Of a stretch of 64,000 nucleotides of DNA, positions 50,334 to 60,339 are shown in pieces. This DNA is from Waddlia chondrophila WSU 86-1044 (GTDB lineage Bacteria > Chlamydiota > Chlamydiia > Chlamydiales > CAMCWV01). Numbering within the stretch: the stretch's first letter is position 1; each line of letters starts with the position of its first letter. Both the position numbers and the translations under genes were made by a program. Under the pieces are notes generated by a model, which made no database searches, was not told where the DNA came from, and was given only the letters and a program-made list of their open reading frames with translations. The stretch is taken from NCBI GenBank assembly GCA_945882915.1, contig CAMCWV010000009.1, positions 4,735 through 68,734 of the forward strand, read 5' to 3'.

Positions 50334-50753
50334 TCCGGTGCGCGGCAAACTCTTTTTGAGCTTTTGAGAGAGGCTCCTTCAAATGTCCATCTTATTTGTG
50401 TGGGGATGGGGGGCTTAGAAGCTGCGCCTATTCCGGGAGCTTTTGAAAAAGAAAAGCAGGTGATGTCTAAGCCGGATCTTCTTTTCCTTAAGAAGCTCAG
50501 TAGTTCTGGCCGTGGAAAGTTTTTTGCTGCAGAAGAGTTTTCTTCTTTCAGCATCGCTTCAAAAATTGTGGAAACGTTTGCTTTTGGGGAGGCTTCTTCT
50601 CAAGAGGGCGTTTCTTCAGGAGAAATTTCAGGGCTCGACTACAGCTGGACCCCTCTTTTGGTTGCTATTATTTGCCTTGCCAGCCATCTCGCCTGGAGCA
50701 AAACTCGGAAAATCGTAACAGTTCACATACCCTTCCTTCGTCGGCGTATGTGA
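50334..50753 (+). pseudogene. C-terminal fragment of a BatB-like VWA protein
   Basis: LICVGMGGLEAAPIP..VMSKPDLLFLKKLS..GKFF plus a TM helix; no N-terminal MIDAS half; stop codon lies within a family F repeat. Confidence 0.6.
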
Positions 50754-50860
50754 ACTGTTACAAACTTTTTTGTATTTTCTCTGTGTTCTCTGCGCCTCTG
50801 TGGTTAAAAAAAACTGGTATTAATATTTTTGAAACACAGAGAACACAGAGAAAATAGAGA
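50715..50860 (+). repeat. Family F element, followed by family B/C fragments (50870-50950)
   Basis: Match to 27513-27650; GCGGGCAATGCC and TAGGTGACCGAAGG pieces downstream. Confidence 0.85.
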
Positions 50861-51010
50861 GGGAGGAGGGCGGGCAATGCCACTTCAATCGTAAGGCTGC
50901 CTAAACGAAATTACTTTACGCTGTACTAGCCGTAGGTGACCGAAGGGGCCATGCTCTCTTCTTAAATTAAATTGTATTTATGGTATGCCTTATTAAGATG
51001 AGGTAAGACC

Positions 51011-51772
51011 GTGATGTTTTCAAGACGTTCCATTTTTTTCTTCCTGGCTTTTTTGTTTTGTGGAAGAGCCCCTTCACTTATGGCGATGAGCGCTATCGAT
51101 ACCTCCCAGTTTGCCGAGGCCATAGGGAAAGAAGGAAATATGGTTCTTGCTCAGCAATACTACGAAAAGGCGTTAGAAGGGAATTTGACCTCCACTCAAA
51201 AGGCTGTTGTTTCGTTTAATTTGGGGAGCGTTTTATCGGCGCAGGATAAGTGGGAAGAGGCGCTTAAGCATGTGCGTTCGATTGGCGTTAACCCAGAGAC
51301 TTCCCCGCGGATGGCTTCTCATGTGTATGGATTAAAGGCTGCTATCTGTTTTAGAGCCGCCAGAGTGCGCATTAATCAACTCCCCTCTAGCCATAATGTT
51401 GATGACGATTGGGAAAGTGCCGTTTTGCTTTTGAAAGAGTCTCTAGAGGCGGTTTCTGCGGTGAAGCTCGCTCAAGAGTATCTAGTTAAGCTGGGGGGAG
51501 CTAAGAAAGAGAGCGCTCCCGATGAAGAGTACTTAAATACGATGCAGGTGGAAGCTGAAGCGCGCGCCCTTTTAAAGAGAGCTCTTCTCAATCCACAAGG
51601 GAAAAAGACGCAGCGCTATGTTATAAAGTCGATGGAGGACCTGCGAACCCAATGTGGTTGGGGAGCATACCAGCTTCAGATTGCAGCAATTGCTTTAGTG
51701 CAGAGCGCGAAAGTTTCAGGCCCCGCAGAGAATAATAAAACAGGCCAAGAAGAGTCTTTTTTAACTCCCTAG
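51011..51772 (+). CDS. BatC-like TPR protein, possibly truncated by a premature TAG
   Basis: Signal peptide and TPR (YYEKAL..FNLGSVL); frame continues 29 codons beyond the TAG. Confidence 0.6.
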   Translation: MMFSRRSIFFFLAFLFCGRAPSLMAMSAIDTSQFAEAIGKEGNMVLAQQYYEKALEGNLTSTQKAVVSFNLGSVLSAQDKWEEALKHVRSIGVNPETSPRMASHVYGLKAAICFRAARVRINQLPSSHNVDDDWESAVLLLKESLEAVSAVKLAQEYLVKLGGAKKESAPDEEYLNTMQVEAEARALLKRALLNPQGKKTQRYVIKSMEDLRTQCGWGAYQLQIAAIALVQSAKVSGPAENNKTGQEESFLTP

Positions 51773-51879
51773 TTTGAGCTTCTCGAGCAGATGGTAAAAG
51801 CAGATGAACAGGTGCGCTCTTCGCGCATAATGCCTGTAAAACAGAGTGTAGGCCCCTATTAGTTATTGAGGTAAGAGTT

Positions 51880-53265
51880 ATGATGATAATGAAAGGTGTG
51901 AGTAGTAGGTATTTGAGAGCCCTCTGCCTCACGTGCGCTTTCTGTTTGGTATTTACACTGGATGCTGAGGAGATTCAACTTTCAGCCTCTGTTAATAGCT
52001 ACATAGCTACAGATGACCGTCCGATAGAAGGGCTTGTAACAGTGGTTCATCCAGAAGAGGTCACAATTGATCCTTCAGTATTTTCTGTTGATGGGAAGGC
52101 TCTTCCTGTAGTTTTTGTTGAGGATGGGAGTCAGTCGGTCTTCTCTTCTCAAGATGGCCACATTAAGGAAATAAGAGTGCTTAGCTCTGTTTATAAATTT
52201 CAGATAGAAGCGCAGGGGCCTGGTGGTCACGTTCTCCCTCCAATCACCTTGACTTTAGGAGGTAAAAACCACTTTAGTCAGGCGGTCTCTTACAAGATCC
52301 ACGAGGCGGCTATAAGCCCTCATTTCCGTTTAGAGGCCATTGTGGATGGCTCTACGCAGCTCTATCCGGGTCAGCGGACGGAGCTTGTTTACCGGATTTA
52401 TTACGATGTTTCTGTAGACCCTACTTATCAGCAGCTCCCATTGCTTGATGCCCAGGGATTTCGTAGGATTGGAGAGGTTATCTCACAAAACAGCAAGCAA
52501 GACGCCTTTGATGTTCATGAACTTCGGCAGTCAGTTGAAGCTGTGAAGCCGGGAGAATTTGTTTTTGGCCCTTCTCGTATTGATGGCATTGTTGCGGCTG
52601 CAGATGAGGAAAGTGCTTTGCCTACGGGATTTAGCTCTTACTTGCGCGCTCAGACTGCTTCTGTCACGCTCCACGTGAAGGATTTTCCGCAGGCGGGCAA
52701 GCCAAAGAGTTTTAAAGGGGCTGTAGGGAGCTTTTCGTTTCACGTAAAGCCTGTAACGCCGACGGAGATCTCTTTTGGTGACAAAATTGAGTTAGAAGTG
52801 GCTATAAGGGGCATTGGAGATATTAACTCAATAGCCCTTTCTGACATTATCGAAGATCCAGGATTCGGCCGGCTTTTTAAGGTAAATGAGGGAGCTGTTA
52901 TTAGCGAATCGACACCTACAAAAAAGGTTTTTCGGGTGAAGGTTGTTCCTCTTCTGGCTGCATTAAAGGAAATTCCTAGCCTTGAGTTTACCTCTTTCAA
53001 CCCTAAAACAGAAGAGTATGAAGTGCATAAGAGCTCTCCTTTTTCTTTAAAGGTGAGTAGTGTAGAGGGGTCTAAAGAAATGATTGTTGATGAGAAGGAG
53101 GCGCTGCATCACGGAGAGGCCGGAAAGCTTCATCATGAAGAGGTTTCTATAGGCGACCTGAAGCATGAAAAGCTCGGCTGGCGCGTTTTATGGTTAGTTC
53201 CTGCAGGCGGAATGCTCTTGGCCTTCCAGGCTGTCCTGCGCCGTTTTAACCGTAGAAAGCCATAA
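51880..53265 (+). CDS. batD: BatD-family protein
   Basis: Signal peptide; PKSFKGAVGSFSF and FNPKTEEYE motifs; C-terminal TM. Confidence 0.7.
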   Translation: MMIMKGVSSRYLRALCLTCAFCLVFTLDAEEIQLSASVNSYIATDDRPIEGLVTVVHPEEVTIDPSVFSVDGKALPVVFVEDGSQSVFSSQDGHIKEIRVLSSVYKFQIEAQGPGGHVLPPITLTLGGKNHFSQAVSYKIHEAAISPHFRLEAIVDGSTQLYPGQRTELVYRIYYDVSVDPTYQQLPLLDAQGFRRIGEVISQNSKQDAFDVHELRQSVEAVKPGEFVFGPSRIDGIVAAADEESALPTGFSSYLRAQTASVTLHVKDFPQAGKPKSFKGAVGSFSFHVKPVTPTEISFGDKIELEVAIRGIGDINSIALSDIIEDPGFGRLFKVNEGAVISESTPTKKVFRVKVVPLLAALKEIPSLEFTSFNPKTEEYEVHKSSPFSLKVSSVEGSKEMIVDEKEALHHGEAGKLHHEEVSIGDLKHEKLGWRVLWLVPAGGMLLAFQAVLRRFNRRKP

Positions 53266-53269
53266 GCCT

Positions 53270-53959
53270 ATGCTAAAGTGGTCAATATTAGACGGGTTAA
53301 AGCTTGCCTTCATCTTGAACGTTCTTTTTTTAGCGCTGCTTCCAAGTGCTGTCAGTGCAGGCGCTTCTTCTGCGGCGCCTTTGCATAAGGCCTATCTTTT
53401 GTATCTCAAAGGGCGGGCGGCAGAAGATCCTTTCGAAAAGGCTCAGGCGTTTAATCAAGCCCTTGCTCTTTATTCTGCTGCTGAAAAAGAAGGATCTCAC
53501 CCTAAATTGCTTAAAGCTATTGGAAATTGCTATGCGCAGCTTGGTGAGGCAGGGTGGGCGAGTTTCTATTTTCAGCGGGCGGCTAAGAGCTCTGCCGACC
53601 AAAAATGGTTTGCGGGGATCTGTTTGTTAATAGGGTTTCTTTTCTGTTTAGCCTCTTTGTGGCTTTGGTTTGGCGCTGCTATTTGGCGACGTCCTACGCT
53701 TGTTGCTGCTGCCACTTTTGTTGTTGTTTTAGGGATTGTCTCTTTTTGGGATTTTTACGCTCCGGCAAAAGGGGTTGTGGTGAGTCAAGCGGCTTTACAT
53801 CAGCAGATGGATAGCTCTGTTAAGGCTTTGGGTGAGGTGTTGGTTCCTGCCGGAGTGAAGGTTCAAGTGGTTGAGGCTTCTCAGGATGCGTGGCTTCGCA
53901 TAAGGACCCCAGGGGGAGATACGGGCTATGTACAGAATAGGTGTGTTAGGATAATCTAA
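53270..53959 (+). CDS. BatE-like TPR/TM/SH3 protein
   Basis: GNCYAQLGE TPR, two TM segments, C-terminal SH3-like WLRIRTPGGDTGYV. Confidence 0.7.
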   Translation: MLKWSILDGLKLAFILNVLFLALLPSAVSAGASSAAPLHKAYLLYLKGRAAEDPFEKAQAFNQALALYSAAEKEGSHPKLLKAIGNCYAQLGEAGWASFYFQRAAKSSADQKWFAGICLLIGFLFCLASLWLWFGAAIWRRPTLVAAATFVVVLGIVSFWDFYAPAKGVVVSQAALHQQMDSSVKALGEVLVPAGVKVQVVEASQDAWLRIRTPGGDTGYVQNRCVRII

Positions 53960-53979
53960 TCATTTTATTGAACAGGATA

Positions 53980-54126
53980 CATACTCCTCGTAGCTGAAAA
54001 TGGGAAAAATTATCCTAAACAAGCGCTTGCTCTCTCCAGAAGGTAACCCTTTAATTGCTACGGGCTTCTTCTCTTTTTTTCTTTTGTGCGCCGTCCAAGT
54101 TCCCATTTTCAGCTAAGAGGAGTATA
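53980..54126. mobile_element. Family A MITE with cargo type 2; last base is the A of the next ATG
   Basis: Ends in CAGCTAAGAGGAGTATA, followed by TG. Confidence 0.9.
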
Positions 54127-54323
54127 TGATGCAGACAGAGCAAGGTCCATTGCCATCTAATCAAGCGTTGCAGATGCAGGAGAGAATCGATATCGATCGT
54201 CGCCTGCGGACTGTTGAGGCTATTTACGCGTCAGCTTATGCAAGGGTGCGCTCTCTTGAAGAGAAGCTAGGCCAGGAAAAACCAGGCCAGGAAAAAGCTA
54301 ACAAAGAAAAACAAGGCTATTGA
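54126..54323 (+). CDS. Small coiled-coil hypothetical protein
   Basis: 65-aa ORF with RBS, 12 nt upstream of the next gene. Confidence 0.55.
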   Translation: MMQTEQGPLPSNQALQMQERIDIDRRLRTVEAIYASAYARVRSLEEKLGQEKPGQEKANKEKQGY

Positions 54324-54335
54324 AGGTATACAAGC

Positions 54336-55340
54336 ATGGCGACCGAACCGCAGCTCAAGACACTATACAATCTGTTGCGTATCAATTACGATCAAGACTC
54401 TCGGATTGAAGGCATCGAGCCCTGGATGGTTGCTGATTACCGTTTAATGGACCTTGAGAAGTTATTTGCAGATTTAAAAGGGCTAGGGCTTCCTCTTGAT
54501 AGAGCAGCTTTTCTCACCTACGCAGAAGCAGAAGAGTCTCCAGAAGGTCTAACAGAGATTTTGGCAGGAGATATTGGAGACGTGCACATTCATGACCACT
54601 CCTATCTCATCCTGTTTGAGCTTTGGCGCCGCCTTGTTCCAGAAAAACAGTCGCTCTCCATCTTCTGCGATGAGCTTGATGCGCTCATCCTTCTTTACGA
54701 TAAGGGAGAGCTTCAGAATAGCGAACCTCTACAGAATGCTCTTGCAGATTTACAAGGCATTTTAGAAGAGAACAATCAAGGGAAAGTTGACAGTGCTCAA
54801 CTTTTTGAATCCATTGCTAATGGATGTGCTAACCATCTCGAAAGCTTTCTTTATGACTTCATAGCCGACCAGCTCGATGCGGGAAATGAGTCTTATGGGT
54901 CAGATCTTCTCTATGATTTTTATGAATACATGAACGAATCGAAATGGTTTGATTTCCTGCGTGCACGGCTAACTGCCCAAACAGATGTTAAAGCGGCTAA
55001 TGGGATCATTCGTCGATTAGTGGCTGAGTCTAAAGAATCTCCTGATTTAGAGTTCTACCTCGAGATCTTGAATTTCCTTTCACAGACGGGTGATAAAGAT
55101 CTGTTTGTTTCTTTTGGAAAGGAGACAATCGATCTTCTTGAAAGCGAAGAAGATTTTCAGGAGCTTCTCACAATCTGCTATGAGTACTACCAGTGCCTTG
55201 ATTGTGATCGACAGAGTGAGGCTATTCAAAAGCTTTTAGAAAAGCGTTTGAACATCGCTATGGAAGAGGAGATCGCCTCTCAAGATCCCGATGTTCAGGC
55301 CCTCCTCAAAATCATCCAAGAGCCTCACAGGTCGAACTGA
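54336..55340 (+). CDS. Conserved chlamydial-type acidic hypothetical protein
   Basis: 334-aa ORF; LYNLLR..EPW..DYR and FELWRRL motifs. Confidence 0.8.
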   Translation: MATEPQLKTLYNLLRINYDQDSRIEGIEPWMVADYRLMDLEKLFADLKGLGLPLDRAAFLTYAEAEESPEGLTEILAGDIGDVHIHDHSYLILFELWRRLVPEKQSLSIFCDELDALILLYDKGELQNSEPLQNALADLQGILEENNQGKVDSAQLFESIANGCANHLESFLYDFIADQLDAGNESYGSDLLYDFYEYMNESKWFDFLRARLTAQTDVKAANGIIRRLVAESKESPDLEFYLEILNFLSQTGDKDLFVSFGKETIDLLESEEDFQELLTICYEYYQCLDCDRQSEAIQKLLEKRLNIAMEEEIASQDPDVQALLKIIQEPHRSN

Positions 55341-55418
55341 TGGGTCTTCTGAAACAGAAGAGGCGTGAGAGAAAAAGATTAAAATCCATTACATCCTGTT
55401 TCTTTTGGATGCAGACCA

Positions 55419-56186
55419 CTAGAGGATGCCTAGGGGGGTGAAGTTGAGATAGTCGCAAGAGGCGAGGACGTAGCGGATACCATCGTTACTTATGCCAAAA
55501 GGCATACTTCCAACCTTAATCCCGTGGAGATGCCCAAATACACAGATGTCTATCTTATACTTCTTTAAGAGCTCAGATGTTCGGGAGGGCTTGAGGTCTG
55601 CGCCAAGCGGAGGGTAGTGTGTAAGGGCAATGCGTGTTTTAGCGTGCGGGTCGAGCGCTTTTAAGCTTAACTCTAGTCTTTGTAGCTCTCTCAAAAAAAT
55701 CTTCTCTCTCTCTTCTTCTCTAAGGGCATCTTCAGCAGCTTGATCTGCTGGAATTCCTTCTTCTTCACCAGCAGCCACTCCCCCAAATGAGAATTCATTG
55801 CTGTCCCAAAGACGAGATCCCCCAATTGAAATTCTTTGCCCCTCACCGTCCCAATTGAACACGTTATTTTGAATAAGGTGGATAGAGCTAGGGATGAATG
55901 GGGCCATCTTTTTTAGAGAGCCCCACCAGTAATCGTGGTTGCCACGAAGGACGACTTTTGTGCCAGGAAGTGAGTGGAGCCACTCCAGATCGGGCAATGC
56001 ATCTTCTAGACGCATTGCCCAGGAAATGTCTCCAGAGACAAGGACGAGGTCATTTGGGCTGACGAGCTTATTCCAGTGGGCTGCGATCTTGTCAGGATGC
56101 CCTTCCCAGTTCTCCCCAAATTTATCCATTTTCTTATTCGCAATACCAAGCGAAAGGTGTGGATCTGACAATGCCCAAACTGTCAC
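55419..56186 (-). CDS. Calcineurin-like metallophosphoesterase
   Basis: SDPH, GDISW, GNHD and FGHLH motifs. Confidence 0.9.
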   Translation of the reverse strand: MTVWALSDPHLSLGIANKKMDKFGENWEGHPDKIAAHWNKLVSPNDLVLVSGDISWAMRLEDALPDLEWLHSLPGTKVVLRGNHDYWWGSLKKMAPFIPSSIHLIQNNVFNWDGEGQRISIGGSRLWDSNEFSFGGVAAGEEEGIPADQAAEDALREEEREKIFLRELQRLELSLKALDPHAKTRIALTHYPPLGADLKPSRTSELLKKYKIDICVFGHLHGIKVGSMPFGISNDGIRYVLASCDYLNFTPLGIL

Positions 56187-56203
56187 TTGATCACCTTTTT
56201 GGG

Positions 56204-57490
56204 TTATAGAGTAAAGCCGTCAGGAAGCGATGCACCGCGTGTGACGATGATGATACCATCTCGAATATAGACAGGGTCTTGATCGTAGGTGATGAGCTTC
56301 TTTTCATTGGTCAATTTAACGCCATTGCCTATGTAGACATTTTTGTCGATGATCGCTTTTTTGATCACGCAATTTTCGCCTATGCAGAGCTGATTGGGGA
56401 GCCGGATGCTGTTTTTAATGGGAGGTTTGTAGAAGTTATTTCCCATGACATAAGAATCGCGAATGACCGTTCCTTTTTTTATAATAGAACGTGGCCCAAG
56501 GATGCTGTGAGAGATCTCTTTGGCTTCTATGATAGAGCCTTCGCAAAGAATGGAATTTGTGATTTTAGCTTTTGTGATTTTTGGCCCGGGAAGATTGTAG
56601 TCGCCTGTGTAGATGAGATTAGACTCGTCGTAGCAGTTAAAATCTGGATCTGGTGAGGTGAGCGCGAGGTTGGCTTTGTAAAACGTTTCGACAGTCCCAA
56701 CATCTTCCCAGTAACCATCATAGAGAAATGCCGATACTTTCCCCTTTTTCACTTGAGTGGGGATGAGGTGTTTGCCAAAATCGTCTCTTTGATCCTCTTG
56801 GAGAAGATCTAGAAGGGCTTGTCTTTTAAATACGTAGATCCCCATTGAGGCTAGATAGTTGCGCCCTTTTTCGGTTTTGACCCCGATTTTGCGCAGAAAA
56901 GCGGTGTCGGTGTGGAGCGATTCTAGTTCTTTTTTAGTTGAGGGCTTCTCGCAGAAGTCTTGAATTTCAGACTCTTTGTTAACCTTAAGAATCCCCATGC
57001 GGCTAGCGTCTACTTCGGTTACAGGAATAGAGCAAATGGTAAGGTCAGAGTCTTTCTCTTGTGCGAAATTGAGGATCGCTTGGAAGTCAATATTGTAGAG
57101 CTGATCTCCAGAGAGGATAAGGAAGTAATCGACAGGAGTCTCGATGAAGTACTCGACGTTTTGTCTTACAGCATCAGCAGTCCCCTGAAACCACCCTTGC
57201 CTCATTGGCTTTTGTTCTGCAGCAAGAAGTTCAATGAAGCCAGAAGAAAAGGCATCAAAGCGGTAGGTGCGCAAAAGGTGCCTGTGGAGTGTTGTCGAAA
57301 GGAATTGTGTGATGATGAAGATTTTGTGGATGCTCGAATTGATCGAGTTAGAAACAGGGACATCAATGAGGCGATAACGACCAGCAAAAGAAATTGCCGG
57401 TTTACAGCGAAGGGCAGTTAATGGGTAGAGCCGAGTCCCTTGCCCTCCTCCTAAAATAATGCTGGCTACGCGTTGCATGTTGAGCGCCAT
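56204..57490 (-). CDS. glgC: Glucose-1-phosphate adenylyltransferase
   Basis: GGGQGTRL, GTADAV, LSGDQLY, DFGK and YWEDVG motifs; AAGGA RBS before ATG 57490. Confidence 0.96.
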   Translation of the reverse strand: MALNMQRVASIILGGGQGTRLYPLTALRCKPAISFAGRYRLIDVPVSNSINSSIHKIFIITQFLSTTLHRHLLRTYRFDAFSSGFIELLAAEQKPMRQGWFQGTADAVRQNVEYFIETPVDYFLILSGDQLYNIDFQAILNFAQEKDSDLTICSIPVTEVDASRMGILKVNKESEIQDFCEKPSTKKELESLHTDTAFLRKIGVKTEKGRNYLASMGIYVFKRQALLDLLQEDQRDDFGKHLIPTQVKKGKVSAFLYDGYWEDVGTVETFYKANLALTSPDPDFNCYDESNLIYTGDYNLPGPKITKAKITNSILCEGSIIEAKEISHSILGPRSIIKKGTVIRDSYVMGNNFYKPPIKNSIRLPNQLCIGENCVIKKAIIDKNVYIGNGVKLTNEKKLITYDQDPVYIRDGIIIVTRGASLPDGFTL

Positions 57491-57566
57491 GAATAATCCT
57501 TTGCTTGGCACGAGCAGATTAAAATTTGCGGGAGAGAGTACTTTATAGCCATTTGGAAAGCAATGG

Positions 57567-59135
57567 CTAGAAGAACAAGTCTTGTTCTCTTTCTCTTTTT
57601 TTGTCTGCTATGTGCTTGATAATGATGCCTCCAAGCAAGAGAATCGAGAGGTAACCGGTAATAAAAGGAAGAGAAAGGGAGGTGACCCTCCAAGAGGAGT
57701 CTAGGCTTGCAGGAGCATTTTGAGGATAGGAGAGGATGAAGTCTGTGTAGCTGCTATTTGCGAGGTGGAGCAGACGGCCAAGAGGCGGGAGTAGCGCAGT
57801 GAGCCCGGCAGCCAGCAGGAGCAGTCCCATGGAAAGACTAACTAGAAAGGGAAAAAAGAGATTGTAGAGAAGGCTGAGCCAAGGGAACTTATGAAATTGG
57901 TAAAGAGTCAGCGGGACAACCGCTATGTGAACGGCTAGAGTAATTGCCACGGCCTGGCGAAAGCAAGATAAGAGAACGTAACCATGCTGACTAACCCCGC
58001 TCATATCAGCCATCAGGTCAAGAGGTCTTTTTTTTAAGAGTTTTTGCAAGAGGGTGTCTGCTTCAGAATAAAAGAACAAAATAGCGGCCGTTGCTAGAAA
58101 GCTGAATTGAAAGCCAATGCTTTCACACGAGAGGGGGCTTGAGAGCATGACAAGGATCATAGCGATTGCTAAGCAGTTTAGGGGGAGGGCTGTTTTTTCT
58201 AAGAGCTTTCCGCAAAAGTAGATCATGATGGTAATCCATGCCCGTTGAATAGAGGGGCCCCATCCCAAAAATAGGTAGTAGGAGGAGAGGAGCAGAATCA
58301 CTACCATCGCTGTTTGCTTCTCAGGGAGAAAGCATCGAAGCAAGAAGCTGAGGAAAAGGGCGACAATTGAGAAGTGGAAGCCAGAAATTGCTAAGATGTG
58401 CTGCAGTCCTAACCGTCCAAAATCAAAGAGCATTTGCTGATCATCAAATTCTCCGGTAGCAATTGCTATAAGGAAATTGGCACTTGAAAAAGAGGGGGTG
58501 TGGCGGTGGATGTAAGAGCTGACCTTTTTTTTTGCAAGCCATCGGTACTCTGCAAGGCTCCAGGTGCCAGGGACTGGGGCCCAGGGGTTTTGAAGAGAGA
58601 CCTTTAAGGCATAGCGATGGGGGGCGAGTTCTTTGAGAGTCCCTTTAACAATGTAGTCTTGATTTGCAAGTGGACGTTTGCATTCCTTAGGGATAGAGAG
58701 GGTACAAGGAATTCCGTGGGCAATGCTTTCTTTTCCTTCATTAGAAACAAAATTATGGAGCGTGCATTTATAGAGCCAGCCTTGCCCAAAGTGGCTGCTT
58801 GTGGAGCTGACAGAATTTATTTCTATGTGACCTGTGCCAGAGGTCCCTTCTTTAGGTAGCTCGGGGAAGTGGAAGTGGGTGGCGGTGTAACAGATGGCAA
58901 TAAGAGGGAGGGTTACTGTTAGTAGCAGGTGACTTCTGAAGCCTCGTGATGAAGGAAAGAGCAATGGCCCCCAAATTAGGAAGCAAGGGATGGAGAGTGT
59001 CCAGTCCCAGGCTAAAGCCATCCGGAATCCAAGAAACAGAGAAAGGGCATAGAGCGCTGCAGGATGTTGCTTCCAAAACGCGCAGAGGATTTCAATTGCA
59101 AGGTGCAAAGGCTTGAGTGACAGGAGTTTTGGCAT
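57567..59135 (-). CDS. comEC: ComEC/Rec2 competence membrane protein (no MBL domain)
   Basis: GLQHILAISGFH, PSIQRA and GFQFSF motifs; start uncertain. Confidence 0.88.
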   Translation of the reverse strand: MPKLLSLKPLHLAIEILCAFWKQHPAALYALSLFLGFRMALAWDWTLSIPCFLIWGPLLFPSSRGFRSHLLLTVTLPLIAICYTATHFHFPELPKEGTSGTGHIEINSVSSTSSHFGQGWLYKCTLHNFVSNEGKESIAHGIPCTLSIPKECKRPLANQDYIVKGTLKELAPHRYALKVSLQNPWAPVPGTWSLAEYRWLAKKKVSSYIHRHTPSFSSANFLIAIATGEFDDQQMLFDFGRLGLQHILAISGFHFSIVALFLSFLLRCFLPEKQTAMVVILLLSSYYLFLGWGPSIQRAWITIMIYFCGKLLEKTALPLNCLAIAMILVMLSSPLSCESIGFQFSFLATAAILFFYSEADTLLQKLLKKRPLDLMADMSGVSQHGYVLLSCFRQAVAITLAVHIAVVPLTLYQFHKFPWLSLLYNLFFPFLVSLSMGLLLLAAGLTALLPPLGRLLHLANSSYTDFILSYPQNAPASLDSSWRVTSLSLPFITGYLSILLLGGIIIKHIADKKREREQDLFF

Positions 59136-59302
59136 TAGTTTTTTAACAAGATAACCAGGATAGTCAGGATAAGCAACAGGATGAAAAAAAGATAAGCCTA
59201 AAAACTGCAGGCCTGAAAGGCCAGCAGTTCCCACTAAATATTTTTTCGCGCAGATCGAGCGTGATTTTGGGCATGGAGAAAAACGGCTTCATACCGTTCT
59301 TG

Positions 59303-59355
59303 CCCCGGGGCTTTCGCGCTAGCCCAAATTCCCGTTTTCAGCTAAGAGGAGTATA
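59303..59355. repeat. Family A solo right arm
   Basis: GCTTTCGCGCTAGCCCAAATTCCCGTTTTCAGCTAAGAGGAGTATA. Confidence 0.88.
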
Positions 59356-59406
59356 TAAGGCGTAGTAGCTTCACAAATTAAGTATTCTAATAAGAGAGCC
59401 CTCCCT

Positions 59407-60219
59407 ACGAATGAAGCCATTTCCAGCTACTTTCAAGAATCTCCTGGTGGCGCGTCTTCTAGAAGCGCCCACTTTCATAAAGTAACCCAGTTACAAAGGG
59501 CCTCTGATATTAGTTGGGAGGTTATCCATGAGAAGGTTCCTGTCCTTCCAAAAGGGTGGTTTGAGCTCGCACACCTATCCAGCAGCGATAAAATAGAGTT
59601 TGTTCGGGAACACTGGTTTGCAAAGTTACCGCACCTTCCTCATGGTCATGATTTTCTGATTACGTTCTTTGCAGGGCTAGAAGATATTGGCATTTTTATC
59701 ACGCAAACAATAAAGGACGCCCCCTTTCAGGCGAGGCTTGTCTATGCGTTAAAGGGAGGCGCTGGCTTTTATCACGGCTTTCCTGGGGCCTCTCCAGAGC
59801 GGATTGTCCTGCTGCAAGAGGAGTTTCCCAAGTTCTCACTTCCCGCCGATTACCTCGCTTTTCTTGGAATCCATAACGGATTTAGCAAGTCTACTGATAC
59901 TGGGGTGAGCCCTGCAGAGGGGTTAAGAGCTCAGTATTCCAATTTTCAACGTTTTGTTTCAGACAAGAATCTGCCTCTTCTAGGCAACGGGGAGCCCATA
60001 GACATTCGTTCTTTGATTCCATATTACGAATCTTTTGGTTTACGTTGTTACCATTGTTTTTTTGCAGACTGGTACCCAGAACAAGAAATGGGAAATATTT
60101 ATTATTCAGGGATTGAGCATACGATTTCTGATTTCAAGGACCCCGCTATGTGGGTGGAGAATCTTGCATTTTCCACATTCCTTGACTGGCTCGCTTTTTA
60201 TTTAGAAGGTATGGAGTGA
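59407..60219 (+). CDS. SMI1/KNR4-like conserved chlamydial protein, probable ACG start
   Basis: Frame open from 59359 with no ATG/GTG/TTG until 59905; encodes LPKGWFEL and LPADYLAFLGIHNGF. Confidence 0.7.
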   Translation, partial: TNEAISSYFQESPGGASSRSAHFHKVTQLQRASDISWEVIHEKVPVLPKGWFELAHLSSSDKIEFVREHWFAKLPHLPHGHDFLITFFAGLEDIGIFITQTIKDAPFQARLVYALKGGAGFYHGFPGASPERIVLLQEEFPKFSLPADYLAFLGIHNGFSKSTDTGVSPAEGLRAQYSNFQRFVSDKNLPLLGNGEPIDIRSLIPYYESFGLRCYHCFFADWYPEQEMGNIYYSGIEHTISDFKDPAMWVENLAFSTFLDWLAFYLEGME

Positions 60220-60234
60220 CTTTTGCTATGATTA

Positions 60235-60304
60235 TATACTCCTCTTAGTTGAAAACAGGACTTTGGCGCCGTCCAAGTTCCTATTTTCAGCTACGAGGAG
60301 TATA
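60235..60304. mobile_element. Family A MITE, 70-bp form
   Basis: TATACTCCTCTTAGTTGAAAA...TTTTCAGCTACGAGGAGTATA. Confidence 0.9.
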
Positions 60305-60339
60305 GAAGCAAATCGAATTTTTGAGGGTAATTCACCAAC

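Noticed and set aside
59136-59234. N-terminal extension of comEC
   Set aside because: It runs through a low-complexity CAGGAT repeat tract; ATG 59135 is more plausible.
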